DNA of 64,000 bases from Marinicella sp. (GCA_965230295.1 OZ246001.1:1760001-1824000), one strand, 5' to 3'; positions 1-10,207 are shown, counted from the stretch's first letter. Numbers and translations are program-made. Notes: generated by a model not told the origin, from the letters alone.

Positions 1-1
1 T

Positions 2-112
2 TTTGTGGCTTATTTGAATCGCTTTCAAATCAAACCGGAAGAGCAGGCATTGACGAACCTGTTTGGCAAAGAATATACAGACTACCGACAACAAGTGAGC
101 AGGTGGCTTTGA
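2..112 (+). CDS. 3' end of isoprenylcysteine carboxyl methyltransferase (ICMT)-family membrane protein, partial
   Basis: Manual translation of frame 2: FVAYLNRFQIKPEEQALTNLFGKEYTDYRQQVSRWL*, the typical EE..L...FG..Y..Y...V.RW C-terminus; TGA overlaps the next ATG. Confidence 0.8.
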   Translation, partial: FVAYLNRFQIKPEEQALTNLFGKEYTDYRQQVSRWL

Positions 113-534
113 TGAAAAAATATGAAATAAACAATGAAATTCCAACACCGATGGATTTTTTCGCTTTGTTTGAAACCACTGGTTGGAACGAAGCCTACCA
201 AGTCACACCACAAGCCTTGCAACAAGCCCTGGATGAAAGTTGGTACACCGTCAGTGCCTATGACAGGGGCGAATTGGTAGGGTTTGGCCGGGTGTTGTCT
301 GATGGGGTGTTGTATGCCATGATCTATGATTTGATCGTACATCCTGATTTCCAACAACAAGGCTTGGGTACGATGTTGTTGAACCGATTAATTGAAGCTT
401 GTCAAAAAGCCAACATCAGAGCCATTCAGCTGTTTTCGGCCCATGGAAAAACGCAGTTCTATGAATCCAGAGGTTTTGTCACCAGGCACCATGAAGCACC
501 AGGTATGGTGTATGCACACAAGAAAGACCATTGA
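112..534 (+). CDS. GNAT family N-acetyltransferase
   Basis: Acetyl-CoA motif A VHPDFQQQGLG and FYESRGF; ATG at 112 coupled (TGATG) to the upstream stop. Confidence 0.9.
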   Translation: MKKYEINNEIPTPMDFFALFETTGWNEAYQVTPQALQQALDESWYTVSAYDRGELVGFGRVLSDGVLYAMIYDLIVHPDFQQQGLGTMLLNRLIEACQKANIRAIQLFSAHGKTQFYESRGFVTRHHEAPGMVYAHKKDH

Positions 535-760
535 GTGTATCAACGTCCTTTTGGTCATTCAATGGGGTCATTTTTTAGTCGCCTCCAAAACTTTGATAAC
601 GCAACAGAGCCACTGGCCACTTGGGTGTTTGGTTGAGACCACAAATGACCGTTATTCAGGCCAAAAAATTAACACCTAAAAGTTGTTATGAGGACATCTG
701 AAACCCATAGGGACCTGAATCAATGGCCAACACCCCGCTTAATGTTAAGAAATTTGCCAT

Positions 761-3385
761 TTGAGGCTTCTTGATATCAGGTATATAATAATAGTGAATG
801 AAAGGGGAAAAACAGTTAACGGCTCAGTGATAAATCGAGTTGTGTTGCTTTGGTTATTACTAACATCAGCCATCTTGGCAAGAGCACAAAGCAACGACAA
901 ACAATCAAACAACATCATCCATGTTGGGGTTGCAAATGCCCCACCCATAATCATTATTGAACCAGACAAGCCACCTCAAGGCATGATGATTGATTTTCTT
1001 GAAAAAGTGGCATCCATGGAAAATTGGCAAATTAAGTGGGTTGTGAATGAATGGCCAGTGATTGATCAAATGATCAGAGACGGTCAAATTGACTTGATTA
1101 CTTTTATGGCTTATTCGGATGAGCGGGCACGATTCATGGATTTCAGCAACGAAAGTTTTGTCACAGAATGGGGCCAGGTGTATACCCAGAACAAACAAAC
1201 CTACCAAAGCATTTTAGATTTTGATGAAAAATCGGTTGCGGTGATGAAAGGTGAAATTCATGGCTCTGGATTTATTGAATTGTGTAAATTGTTTGAAATC
1301 ACTTGTCATTTTGAGGTGGTTGAAAGCTACCAAGCGGCATTCAGTTTGTTGAGCTCTGGTGAGGTTGATGGCTTGGCTTCAAGTAATATTGTTGGCTACG
1401 TTTATGAGTCAAAATTCGATGTACATCGCACAGGCATCATGTACCATCCACAGAAAACACTGTTTGCAATACCAAAAAACCATGACGCTCAGGTACTGAC
1501 AATACTTGACCGGTACCTGACCGAGTGGCGTCTATCAAGTGATTCCTACTACCACGAAATTCATGATAAATGGATCAACCGAATGGAGAAAAGCGATTGG
1601 CCACGTTGGTTGGTGTATTTGGCTGCCATATCAGTGTTGTTGTTGCTCTTATCCTGGCTGGTGGTGGTGTTTTTGCGCAAGCAAATTCGCAAACATGTGG
1701 GAGAAATATCTGACCAAAAGGACCAAATTTCACAAATCATTAATTTAGTACCTCACATGATATATGCCGTGAACGAGAAAGGCCAGGTGATATTGGCTAA
1801 TGACAACACGGAGAATTTTTTCGGCGTAGGACAGCTGAATGAAAAACATGTTGATGACATGCAAAATAACAAAGCCGGCTCGGAACCCTTATTCAGAGAT
1901 GATCAGTTCTTATTGTCTGATCGGGCCAGGTCATTTAACAAAGAAATCACCGTCATTAATGAACAAGACGGAGAAGCCATTTTTAAAGTTACTAAAGTGC
2001 CGTACTTTGGAAAAACCAGCCAGTTGCCTTCCATCGTTACCGTGGCCATTGATGTGACCGAAGAAAAGTTACATGAACAGCAAATGGAACACATGGTGCA
2101 GCATGATTTGTTGACCGGCTTGTCCAACCGGGTATTTCTGAATGAGCGAATCAAACAATCACACTTGCACGCTGTTAAGAAAAAGCAACATGGTGCCGTG
2201 TTGTTTATAGATTTGGATCACTTCAAAAAGGTCAATGATACTTTGGGGCATCGCATTGGCGACGAATTGTTAAAGCGGGTTGCCAAAACCTTAAACTCGA
2301 TAGTGGTTCCTGAAAACACGGTTGCCAGGATTGGCAGTGATGAGTTTGTGGTACAAATTGATGATCCGTCGGCTGATATGCCCTCTGCTGAAAAAGCCAT
2401 TTACCCAGTGGCCGAGCAAATAACGGAAATGTTAGGAACCCCCTGTGAAATAGAAGGGAACATACTTTATGTTTCGGCCAGTGTTGGCGTGGTCATCTAT
2501 CCAAATACTGAGGTCAGTCACAAACAAATTTTGCAAAGGGCCGATACAGCCATGCGTTTTGCAAAATACAAAGGGCGCAATCAATATGCTGTTTTTAAAG
2601 AAAATATGGAACGAGAAATAAAGCGGCAACATGTGATTGAGGAAGCCTTAAGATCCGCCATAAAAAATTCGGAATTCATCCTCCAGTTCCAACCACAAAT
2701 TGATGCCACGGAAGACAAATTAATTGGCGTGGAAGCCCTGCTGCGTTGGCAACACCCAAGTGGAGATTTGGTGCAGCCAAATGATTTCATAGGGGTAGCA
2801 GAACAAAGCGGTTTAATCGTTCCTTTGGGGTTCTGGGTCATAGAAGAAGCGTGCAAACAAATAAAAAAATGGTCACAAGAACACCAGGAACCACCCTTTA
2901 TCACGGTGAATTTATCCGTAGCACAAGTGCTGAACTTGGATTTTGTTGATGCGGTTAAAGCCATGCTTGAGAAGTACCAAATTAACCCGACCTTGTTAGA
3001 GTTGGAGGTGACAGAATCAGTGATGCTAGAAGATGCTTCTGTTGCCATAGAAGTGTTAAATCAACTGAAATCATTGGGGGTTAAACTGTCTATTGATGAT
3101 TTTGGAACAGGATTCTCTTCATTGAATTATTTAAAAAAACTGCCTTTTGATAAATTGAAAATCGACCGCAGTTTCATCAATGACATTCCTGGAGATCAAG
3201 ACAATGAGAACATCATCAAATCAATCATTACGATCAGTACAGACATGGGTTTAGAGTTGATTGCTGAGGGGGTAGAAACAAAGGAACAGGTTGACTTGTT
3301 GATGAATTTGAATTGTGATCATTTTCAGGGCTTCTTTTATGACAGACCCAGTAACATCGAATACATAGATAAAAAATACCTGTGA
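761..3385 (+). CDS. Periplasmic binding (PBP2) - TM - PAS - GGDEF - EAL c-di-GMP enzyme (true start probably slightly downstream)
   Basis: N-terminal signal/TM, SBP-like domain, second TM, HDLLTGLSNR, FIDLDHFKKVND, RIGSDEF, EALLRW, IDDFGTG, IAEGVET. Confidence 0.93.
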   Translation: MRLLDIRYIIIVNERGKTVNGSVINRVVLLWLLLTSAILARAQSNDKQSNNIIHVGVANAPPIIIIEPDKPPQGMMIDFLEKVASMENWQIKWVVNEWPVIDQMIRDGQIDLITFMAYSDERARFMDFSNESFVTEWGQVYTQNKQTYQSILDFDEKSVAVMKGEIHGSGFIELCKLFEITCHFEVVESYQAAFSLLSSGEVDGLASSNIVGYVYESKFDVHRTGIMYHPQKTLFAIPKNHDAQVLTILDRYLTEWRLSSDSYYHEIHDKWINRMEKSDWPRWLVYLAAISVLLLLLSWLVVVFLRKQIRKHVGEISDQKDQISQIINLVPHMIYAVNEKGQVILANDNTENFFGVGQLNEKHVDDMQNNKAGSEPLFRDDQFLLSDRARSFNKEITVINEQDGEAIFKVTKVPYFGKTSQLPSIVTVAIDVTEEKLHEQQMEHMVQHDLLTGLSNRVFLNERIKQSHLHAVKKKQHGAVLFIDLDHFKKVNDTLGHRIGDELLKRVAKTLNSIVVPENTVARIGSDEFVVQIDDPSADMPSAEKAIYPVAEQITEMLGTPCEIEGNILYVSASVGVVIYPNTEVSHKQILQRADTAMRFAKYKGRNQYAVFKENMEREIKRQHVIEEALRSAIKNSEFILQFQPQIDATEDKLIGVEALLRWQHPSGDLVQPNDFIGVAEQSGLIVPLGFWVIEEACKQIKKWSQEHQEPPFITVNLSVAQVLNLDFVDAVKAMLEKYQINPTLLELEVTESVMLEDASVAIEVLNQLKSLGVKLSIDDFGTGFSSLNYLKKLPFDKLKIDRSFINDIPGDQDNENIIKSIITISTDMGLELIAEGVETKEQVDLLMNLNCDHFQGFFYDRPSNIEYIDKKYL

Positions 3386-3418
3386 CGATTTTTGATTGTG
3401 GCAGATGAAACAGTCTGC

Positions 3419-5347
3419 TTACCAACCGCCGCCACCTCCGCCGCCACCGCCACCACCTGATGAACCACCGGAAGATGAACTGCCTGAGGAGTAGCTGCTT
3501 GAAGAACCAGAGCGGCTGGATGAATAAGACCTTGAAGAAGCGCTGCGAGGGGCGCTGGGTATGGTTGTAGATCTGGCCACATGGCTTTTCATTGATCGGG
3601 TCAAGTTGCTGATGGAAGTGTTGAAATCAGAATGCGGGGTGTATTCAGAATGCAGCCACTTGGGTTGAAAAGTGCTGCCATGACCACTGTTCTGTTCAGC
3701 TTGTGAATGGAGGGTATTGGTGAATTTTTTGGCCCATTGGTTTTCTAAATTCAAAGCCACCGCATAGGGCAATAACTCTTCATAATGTTCAAGGGTTTTG
3801 TCTGGCGGGTTCATCAAATCCAGGCGCTGTTCTTCTGCAGCTTTCATATACAATTTCAAGCCATCGATTTGATCCTTTAAATGTCGGCCAAATGGAGTGG
3901 GTGCGCGAAGGAGGTATGTGAACAGGCCATTGATGGTCAACAAAAACAGCACAAAATACAACCACTTTTGGTGTTCTAGCAACCAGTAAAAAATATCCAT
4001 ATAATGAGAAGCCAGTATGAACAGCAGCAGTATACCCATAAAAATAGGCGCGGCAGCAAGAAAGGCCAAGGCGATGCTGATGATCACCACAAAACCGATC
4101 AATATGGCTAACAATTCTCCCAGGTTTAAATGTTGCTGGTATATCAACAAGGTACCAATGAAAAAACACACCACACTGATCAGCCAACCACACAACACAT
4201 AGAAACCATTGTCTTTGAAACACCGGTTTTGATATTCTTTTTTTAGCTTGCTGTTCAAAGCATTCTTGGCATATCTCACTGAGGAATTGTATTGCTTGCT
4301 GATGGTGATGTGGCGACTGCGATCAGAAAACAGTTGTTGTTTGACTGACTTTTCACCACTTGAAAGTGGCGTTTTGGGGCGTTCTTTGATTAATTTTATG
4401 CGGTACTGTTTTTTCAGTTGAGTGATTTTGAGACAGCCCTTAACAGCCATACTCACTAAAGCCGCCACAAAGGTTTGGTCGTTGGCATGTCCATTATCGA
4501 TGTAGTGAACGGCTGCCGGAGACAGGCCTTTGGGCGGTTTGAATCGGGCCATGATGACGCCAGGATCCGGATCTATGCCATATCGAAACCAAGCGGATAA
4601 GTAAAAACCCACATAAAACAATGCGGTGACCAATGCCAACAACCACAGCACATTGTTCTTAATGAATCCGAGCCAATCAAAAGGTTTTGGGTTTAACAGG
4701 CCTTTGGCAAATTGGATGCCCACCGTCAAGCCCTGATAGGGTTCGAGCCGTTGGGAGGTTTTGAAGCCCAAAGTATCAGCTGTGTTCGCAACAACAAAGT
4801 TTTGATCTTGTTCGCCTTGGTAGCCAGTCCATGCTGATTGATCCAATACCAGGTTTAAGCCACCACCTGGTAAGGTGACAGAAACCGATGCTTCTTGAAT
4901 AGGAAAGGCCCACCCTGTACCAGTGACATTCCAATAAAATTCATCGTAGTTATCAAAATATCCAAGTTGTTGGTCGGTGGTGTAAACCAGTTGGTATTGG
5001 TGTAGGCCTGGATCTAGATATGCCGATGATGACCCCATGTAAATCCGAATGCCATTGGTGAGTTTTTCAGTGTGGAAAGGCTCAGCTTCACCATTACGGG
5101 TGACAGATTTCACATCGAAACCCACTTGTTTTTGTGTCAACCAGGCTCCGAAGTATTGGGTTGGAAAATCGCGATAAATGCCGCGATTGATCTCGCGTCT
5201 TTCAGCGTTGACTTCTATGGACTCGGTGACTGTGATCTGCCCAGAAGGGTGGATCATGATGTCGCTGTGAAAAGAAGTGATTAACTCCTCAGCATGGGCG
5301 TTGGCCAGTAACAACCAGGATAACAACAAAAAACACAGACGCATCAT
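3419..5347 (-). CDS. DUF2207 family membrane protein
   Basis: Signal peptide, GIYRDFP, YWNVTG, several TMs, YEELLPYAVAL, Ser/Gly-rich tail ending GGGGGW. Confidence 0.92.
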   Translation of the reverse strand: MMRLCFLLLSWLLLANAHAEELITSFHSDIMIHPSGQITVTESIEVNAERREINRGIYRDFPTQYFGAWLTQKQVGFDVKSVTRNGEAEPFHTEKLTNGIRIYMGSSSAYLDPGLHQYQLVYTTDQQLGYFDNYDEFYWNVTGTGWAFPIQEASVSVTLPGGGLNLVLDQSAWTGYQGEQDQNFVVANTADTLGFKTSQRLEPYQGLTVGIQFAKGLLNPKPFDWLGFIKNNVLWLLALVTALFYVGFYLSAWFRYGIDPDPGVIMARFKPPKGLSPAAVHYIDNGHANDQTFVAALVSMAVKGCLKITQLKKQYRIKLIKERPKTPLSSGEKSVKQQLFSDRSRHITISKQYNSSVRYAKNALNSKLKKEYQNRCFKDNGFYVLCGWLISVVCFFIGTLLIYQQHLNLGELLAILIGFVVIISIALAFLAAAPIFMGILLLFILASHYMDIFYWLLEHQKWLYFVLFLLTINGLFTYLLRAPTPFGRHLKDQIDGLKLYMKAAEEQRLDLMNPPDKTLEHYEELLPYAVALNLENQWAKKFTNTLHSQAEQNSGHGSTFQPKWLHSEYTPHSDFNTSISNLTRSMKSHVARSTTIPSAPRSASSRSYSSSRSGSSSSYSSGSSSSGGSSGGGGGGGGGGGW

Positions 5348-5404
5348 GTGTTTATTAAACTCCTTTGTGATCTGAGTTACAACTCCAAAATTACAATCAC
5401 CTTG

Positions 5405-6646
5405 TCAGAGTAAAGCATTGGCGAATAAAGGTGCCAAACTCAAAAGTGTTTGAATGTGTGCTTCATCAAAACCCCTTTTGTTGTTTTTGGTGAACAACAA
5501 CAAGCCGGATTTGTGTTGTAATTTAATCCGAATAACCAAAATTGAATTGGCATTGACCTGATTCAGTAAATACTTGGCAAAATGGGCCTGTTGGTTTTTT
5601 ATGGTGTGAGACAATACGTCATCAATGTGGATGAATTCATGGTCTTCAATGCCGTTTATGGTGCTGTCAATGGGCACCAGGGTTTTACCCATGAGGCCTT
5701 TTTGTGACTGGTTTGAGGCGATCAATTCGACAGAAAAACTGTCTTTCTTTGGAGCCATAAAGTAGGCATTAGACACATTAACAATGGCTTGGGTTTCTGT
5801 GCGAATTACCTCCATGGCATGCTGTTTAGTGGGCGCTGCATGAAGTTGGTTCAACAGCGATAAAATGCTTTGTGAGCGACCTGACAGCTGATTAAAGTCA
5901 GCAACCAATTGACCTATTTCATCTTCACTTTGGTCTTTTATTTTTAAACCATAGTTGCCCAAAGAAACTTCCCGACAAGCTTGTGCAACACGGATGATTC
6001 TTTTCACAATCGATTGGTTAAACCAGAGATACATCAGGATGAGTAACAGGGTGATCAAACCCATAGCCAACCAATTGAAATTGATGGTGGCTTGTCGCTG
6101 GGCCAGCACCAAGTCCTCAAAATTCATATGAGCCATTTCAATTTGGCTGAACAACCCTGATTCATCCGCCAGGATGTAATCATTGCCCCATTCAAGGCGA
6201 GGCTCTTCAGGGTTATCGCCTATCTGTTCATTGAACCCTTGTTGGAAGGTGGCCAATGCTTGTTCCATTTGTTTAAAACCCTGATTGTTTTTTTCTATCA
6301 GCATGCCATCAATCAACACATTGGTGGTGCTGTTGCGGTTGTAATAATCAAAAGCACTTTGGTTGACCATTTGTTCTAGTGAGGTGATGTTCTCTTGTAA
6401 TTGGGAAAAATACACCTTTAGATCACGGTTGTAGGATTCATAATCGCGCGGTGCATTTTCACCGTACTGTACGGACTGCTCTTTCATTAAGTCCACCAGT
6501 TGTTCCATTTTACTCATGTCTTTTGACAAAGTGATGTCGCTTGATAGTTGAGTAATGGCTTGGTTACTGAACCACAGGATCAAAGCAATCAGCAACAAAG
6601 CCAATGCGCCAGTGGTGATTAATTTTTGTTTGAGGCCAAATTTCAT
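5405..6646 (-). CDS. Membrane sensor: TM - periplasmic helical domain - TM - HAMP - GAF-like, no catalytic output
   Basis: Two TMs, HAMP (DEIGQLVADFNQL), GAF-like end (GLLLF...FDEAHIQTLLSLA); ATG at 6646. Confidence 0.75.
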   Translation of the reverse strand: MKFGLKQKLITTGALALLLIALILWFSNQAITQLSSDITLSKDMSKMEQLVDLMKEQSVQYGENAPRDYESYNRDLKVYFSQLQENITSLEQMVNQSAFDYYNRNSTTNVLIDGMLIEKNNQGFKQMEQALATFQQGFNEQIGDNPEEPRLEWGNDYILADESGLFSQIEMAHMNFEDLVLAQRQATINFNWLAMGLITLLLILMYLWFNQSIVKRIIRVAQACREVSLGNYGLKIKDQSEDEIGQLVADFNQLSGRSQSILSLLNQLHAAPTKQHAMEVIRTETQAIVNVSNAYFMAPKKDSFSVELIASNQSQKGLMGKTLVPIDSTINGIEDHEFIHIDDVLSHTIKNQQAHFAKYLLNQVNANSILVIRIKLQHKSGLLLFTKNNKRGFDEAHIQTLLSLAPLFANALL

Positions 6647-6656
6647 GTGGGTACCT

Positions 6657-7778
6657 TCAGTATGTTCGCCAACGATCAATGAATGATTCTCTGATGGCTT
6701 GGTTATCTAATTTTTCAGCTATCTGCATGATGAACTGATCTTGTGAGTGGCTTTGTTTTAAGGCATGGGTCAAAATAAAATCAGCCATAGGACCAATCAA
6801 GTCAGCCAAGTGGTCTCGCATGCCAGAGAAATCTTCATCATCGACCACCCAGTCAGTGGCAGACTGGGTGATGACTGTGCCCGTGGTAAAGAAACCTGAA
6901 GTTTCATCTTCTGTGGGTGCCGGGCTGGTCGTCTTTGCCGTCGTTTGTTTCAGGGTGTTCATCAAGGGCTTGAGTGCACTGACCACCTCTGGTACGGATG
7001 TAAACCGGTCTTTGTAACCCACACTCAATCCTTTGTGCATAAACTCGTGCAAGATCACAGGAATCAATGTTTTGCTGTTGAACTGGTTGTGCTTGGCCAT
7101 TTGATTGAGCTGTGGCAACACCGCCCCATCATAACTGTCGATGTCTTTGGCATGCCCCATCAGCTCATAAAACATGACGAACAAACTATAGACATCGGTA
7201 TAAGTGCCAACCTCATCTGAGCCAAACATTTGTTCAGGAGCCATGTATTTGGGGGTTCCAACGGCCACACCAATTTGAGTCATGTTTTGATTTTCATTGC
7301 TTTTGGCGATCCCAAAGTCTGTTAATTTCAATACTTTACCGCTCTCTAACAACACATTTTCAGGTTTGAGGTCGCGGTGAATGATGCCGTTTTGGTGTGC
7401 TACATGCAGTGCTTTGAGTAACTGCACAAACATCGACATAATTTTTAGCAATGGAATTGATCGCTGTTTTTTCAGCAGGGCTTTTAAGCTGGGGCCTTTG
7501 ATGTACTCCATCACCATATAAGCCATTTCATCCTGTTGACCGAAATCCAAGATGGTCACAATGTTGGGGTGATTGCACTTGGCCAATAGTTTAGCTTCTT
7601 GTACAAAACGAGCCACAAAATCTGCATCAGCAGATGTGGTTTTGGCTTCAGCGGCTATGGTTTTGATCGCCACTTTGCGGTCGATTTGCTCGTCATGACC
7701 CAAGTACACGATGCCCATCGCCCCTTGGCCCAACACCCCTTTGATGCGGTACTTGCTGATTTGTTGAGGCATCGACAT
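6657..7778 (-). CDS. Soluble Hanks-type Ser/Thr protein kinase
   Basis: GQGAMGIV, VAIK, HRDLKPEN, DFG, GTPKYMAPE, DVYS; no TM; small C-terminal helical domain (LADLIGPMA...FI). Confidence 0.95.
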   Translation of the reverse strand: MSMPQQISKYRIKGVLGQGAMGIVYLGHDEQIDRKVAIKTIAAEAKTTSADADFVARFVQEAKLLAKCNHPNIVTILDFGQQDEMAYMVMEYIKGPSLKALLKKQRSIPLLKIMSMFVQLLKALHVAHQNGIIHRDLKPENVLLESGKVLKLTDFGIAKSNENQNMTQIGVAVGTPKYMAPEQMFGSDEVGTYTDVYSLFVMFYELMGHAKDIDSYDGAVLPQLNQMAKHNQFNSKTLIPVILHEFMHKGLSVGYKDRFTSVPEVVSALKPLMNTLKQTTAKTTSPAPTEDETSGFFTTGTVITQSATDWVVDDEDFSGMRDHLADLIGPMADFILTHALKQSHSQDQFIMQIAEKLDNQAIRESFIDRWRTY

Positions 7779-7780
7779 GA

Positions 7781-8551
7781 TCAGCTCAACATGCTCATGG
7801 CCGCTTTGAGGCTGCGTTGTAAACGGTTGAAAGCTTGGCCAATTTGACTGATTTCGTCATGACCACGAACTTCGATTTCATCCACTTCTGCTTGTCCCTG
7901 GCTGATCAGCTCAGCCTGTTCAGCCATTCGCTTCAAAGGTTTGATGACCAGCACATGCATCATCAGATTCAACACCACCAACGCGACGACAATCAACAAC
8001 ACCAATAACAAAATGAATCTGTGAAATTCAGATTGAATAGCTGTTTGTTGTTCCGATAAATTGATGCGTACAATTTTTGCACCAGTGATTGATTGGTCAT
8101 TCATGATGGGTTTGGCAAAAGCGTAAAACGGCCCTTGAGCATCGGTCAATTGTGCAGTGATCACTGGCAGGTTAGGGTCGTTCTGAAACTGGTCAATGAT
8201 GTTTTGTTGCCAAACATTGGCTTGATACAAGGCAATGCCTGAGCCAATGATGGCCACTTTGTAACTGAATTTAGGTAAATGAAGTTGAGCATCAGCGAAA
8301 ACCTGGCTGGCGGCATAGGATCCGACCGATTGAGGCAAGAACCCAGCTTCCAGTTGTTGTAACAAAGGCAGTACTTCAAGTTGATTGTAATTTCGTATGG
8401 ATTCGGCCACTTGGTAAATCACATTGGCTTGTTGTTGTGTTTGCAGGTCTGCTTTTAACAACACTTGTTGTCGATGCAACAAAAACACCACAACCCAGCT
8501 GATTAACAATATGCTGAACAACACCAGATTAAATTTTAACCGCAATCCCAT
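7781..8551 (-). CDS. DUF3365/Tll0287-like periplasmic domain + HAMP membrane protein
   Basis: MGLRLKFNL, FLPQSV, FSYK, HAMP ending DEISQIGQAFNRLQRSLKAAMSML. Confidence 0.75.
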   Translation of the reverse strand: MGLRLKFNLVLFSILLISWVVVFLLHRQQVLLKADLQTQQQANVIYQVAESIRNYNQLEVLPLLQQLEAGFLPQSVGSYAASQVFADAQLHLPKFSYKVAIIGSGIALYQANVWQQNIIDQFQNDPNLPVITAQLTDAQGPFYAFAKPIMNDQSITGAKIVRINLSEQQTAIQSEFHRFILLLVLLIVVALVVLNLMMHVLVIKPLKRMAEQAELISQGQAEVDEIEVRGHDEISQIGQAFNRLQRSLKAAMSMLS

Positions 8552-8662
8552 AACTAATTTCTGCTTCAAGTTTTAAAGTAGAACCGGGTTTGCAAAAAAA
8601 ATCACAACGGCCTTGAAAAAAGTTGAGCGCTTTTCCTTACAATGGGTCGAGTATCGGTTGGG

Positions 8663-9091
8663 TTATTTTACTTTCCAATGCTTCTGCATTTCATAAAACA
8701 AGAACGAAGCGGACCAGGTGATCAACACCAAACCTGTTAATGACTCAATTCCAGTCAGAAAGCGAATGTCACCAATGGGTTCTATGTCACCAAAACCCAG
8801 TGTGGTGAAGGTGGAAAACGAAAAGTACACCGCATCTAAAAGCTCACCATTGTAGTTGCCTTGTAAGGTGCCCCACATGCCACTTTTGATTTTAAAGTGG
8901 TATGACAGGGCAAATATCCACACCTCGATGGAATGAGCCACCAAGGCGCCAAACACACCGATCACTATTTTAAAGCGTGGCCGGACTTGTAAAGTGTTGA
9001 TGCGCTTAGATAAGTGGAACAAAAACTCATAGTGAATCATCACGCACAATGAGACCACAAAAACATTGATAAGGGTGGCCCAGATGATCAT
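8663..9091 (-). CDS. Two-TM potassium channel family protein (Ion_trans_2)
   Basis: Pore helix and filter DAVYFSFSTFTTLGFGD. Confidence 0.9.
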   Translation of the reverse strand: MIIWATLINVFVVSLCVMIHYEFLFHLSKRINTLQVRPRFKIVIGVFGALVAHSIEVWIFALSYHFKIKSGMWGTLQGNYNGELLDAVYFSFSTFTTLGFGDIEPIGDIRFLTGIESLTGLVLITWSASFLFYEMQKHWKVK

Positions 9092-9498
9092 GCTGAATCC
9101 CCTAACAGCGCAACCAAATTTTCTCGCCAATGACTTATTTCAGAGTCACTGTATCTGGTCTCTGGCAAAGGATTGCCCCAAACCACATCAGGCCACAAGG
9201 GGTCTTGGCGGTGACGACCAATGACATGAATGTGTAATTGTTGAACGACATTACCAATGGCAGCGAAATTAATTTTTTCAGAACCCATGTTGGCTTTAAG
9301 GTAGTTGCTCAATAAACGGCTGATGCGGGTGATGATCATTTGGTTTTCAACCGACAAGTCACAAAACTCAATCACGTCAGTTTCAGGAATGATGATGAGC
9401 CAAGGCATCGAAGCGTTGTTATTTAACCTGATGTGACAGCCTTGATGAACAAACAAGTCATGGCTGTCTGCTGATAGCCTGTGGTCGATTTCAAACAT
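9088..9498 (-). CDS. HIT family protein
   Basis: KINFAAIGNVVQQLHIHVIGR, DPLWP. Confidence 0.9.
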   Translation of the reverse strand: MFEIDHRLSADSHDLFVHQGCHIRLNNNASMPWLIIIPETDVIEFCDLSVENQMIITRISRLLSNYLKANMGSEKINFAAIGNVVQQLHIHVIGRHRQDPLWPDVVWGNPLPETRYSDSEISHWRENLVALLGDSA

Positions 9499-9633
9499 GC
9501 CTTGATTTTACCTATTGGGTCCAAAAAAAGGTAATAAAACATGGACTTGGGGCATTGTTTTATATTTTTTGATCGACAGCAGCAAATTATAGGTCGATCA
9601 TTTGAAGCCCATGACCGCCGGGGGTAAGATGAA

Positions 9634-10164
9634 ATGATCATGAAGAATGTGTATGTATTGATCACACTGTTACTGCTGGCGCAGCCTTTGAGTGCACAAT
9701 TTCCACCATTAGAAATCAATTTGGATCAAGTGGAAGCTTCGGTTAATGGCTTGGCAGAGGCCTCCCTTCGCGCCGGCACCAATTGGCAAAACATCACCGA
9801 AATCAGAGGCAGCATCATTTTTGATCCAATGGTTGTTGATGAACCGGTGTTGATCTTTTGGGGCCTCTCTAACCCGGGCGGCGCTTTGATTCAGGACCAA
9901 GGTGGAGGCGTGTTGACCTACCAGTGGGAATCGTTGATTTCCATTGGCCCCACATTGAACCCGGGAGATGTCGTATTCACTTTACAGTTTGAAGTAACTG
10001 GCGGTGTTGGCAGTGCCACACCATTGGATTTCAGCAGTACTCCTGAACCACTGTTTTGGGCCAATGGATTCGGATGGTCAGGGAACAACCACTCGATCAG
10101 CAATGGATCAGTCACGATCGTGGTCGGTGATGATTTGATTTTCAAATCGGACTTTGACCCATAA
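9634..10164 (+). CDS. Secreted cohesin-like beta-sandwich protein with C-terminal DLIFxxDFD tag
   Basis: Signal peptide ending PLSA; IIFDP, FTLQFEV, PLDFS, NGSVTI resemble a cohesin fold; ends GDDLIFKSDFDP. Confidence 0.65.
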   Translation: MIMKNVYVLITLLLLAQPLSAQFPPLEINLDQVEASVNGLAEASLRAGTNWQNITEIRGSIIFDPMVVDEPVLIFWGLSNPGGALIQDQGGGVLTYQWESLISIGPTLNPGDVVFTLQFEVTGGVGSATPLDFSSTPEPLFWANGFGWSGNNHSISNGSVTIVVGDDLIFKSDFDP

Positions 10165-10190
10165 AAAAGGGCTCTGAAAGAGCCCTCATT
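10163..10190. terminator. Bidirectional intrinsic terminator
   Basis: AAAAAA-GGGCTCT-GAA-AGAGCCC-TCATTT between convergent genes. Confidence 0.85.
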
Positions 10191-10207
10191 TTGGAGTTGT
10201 TGTCTGT

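Noticed and set aside
3419-3560. GGC/GGT-rich repeat
   Set aside because: Normal Ser/Gly tail of DUF2207 proteins
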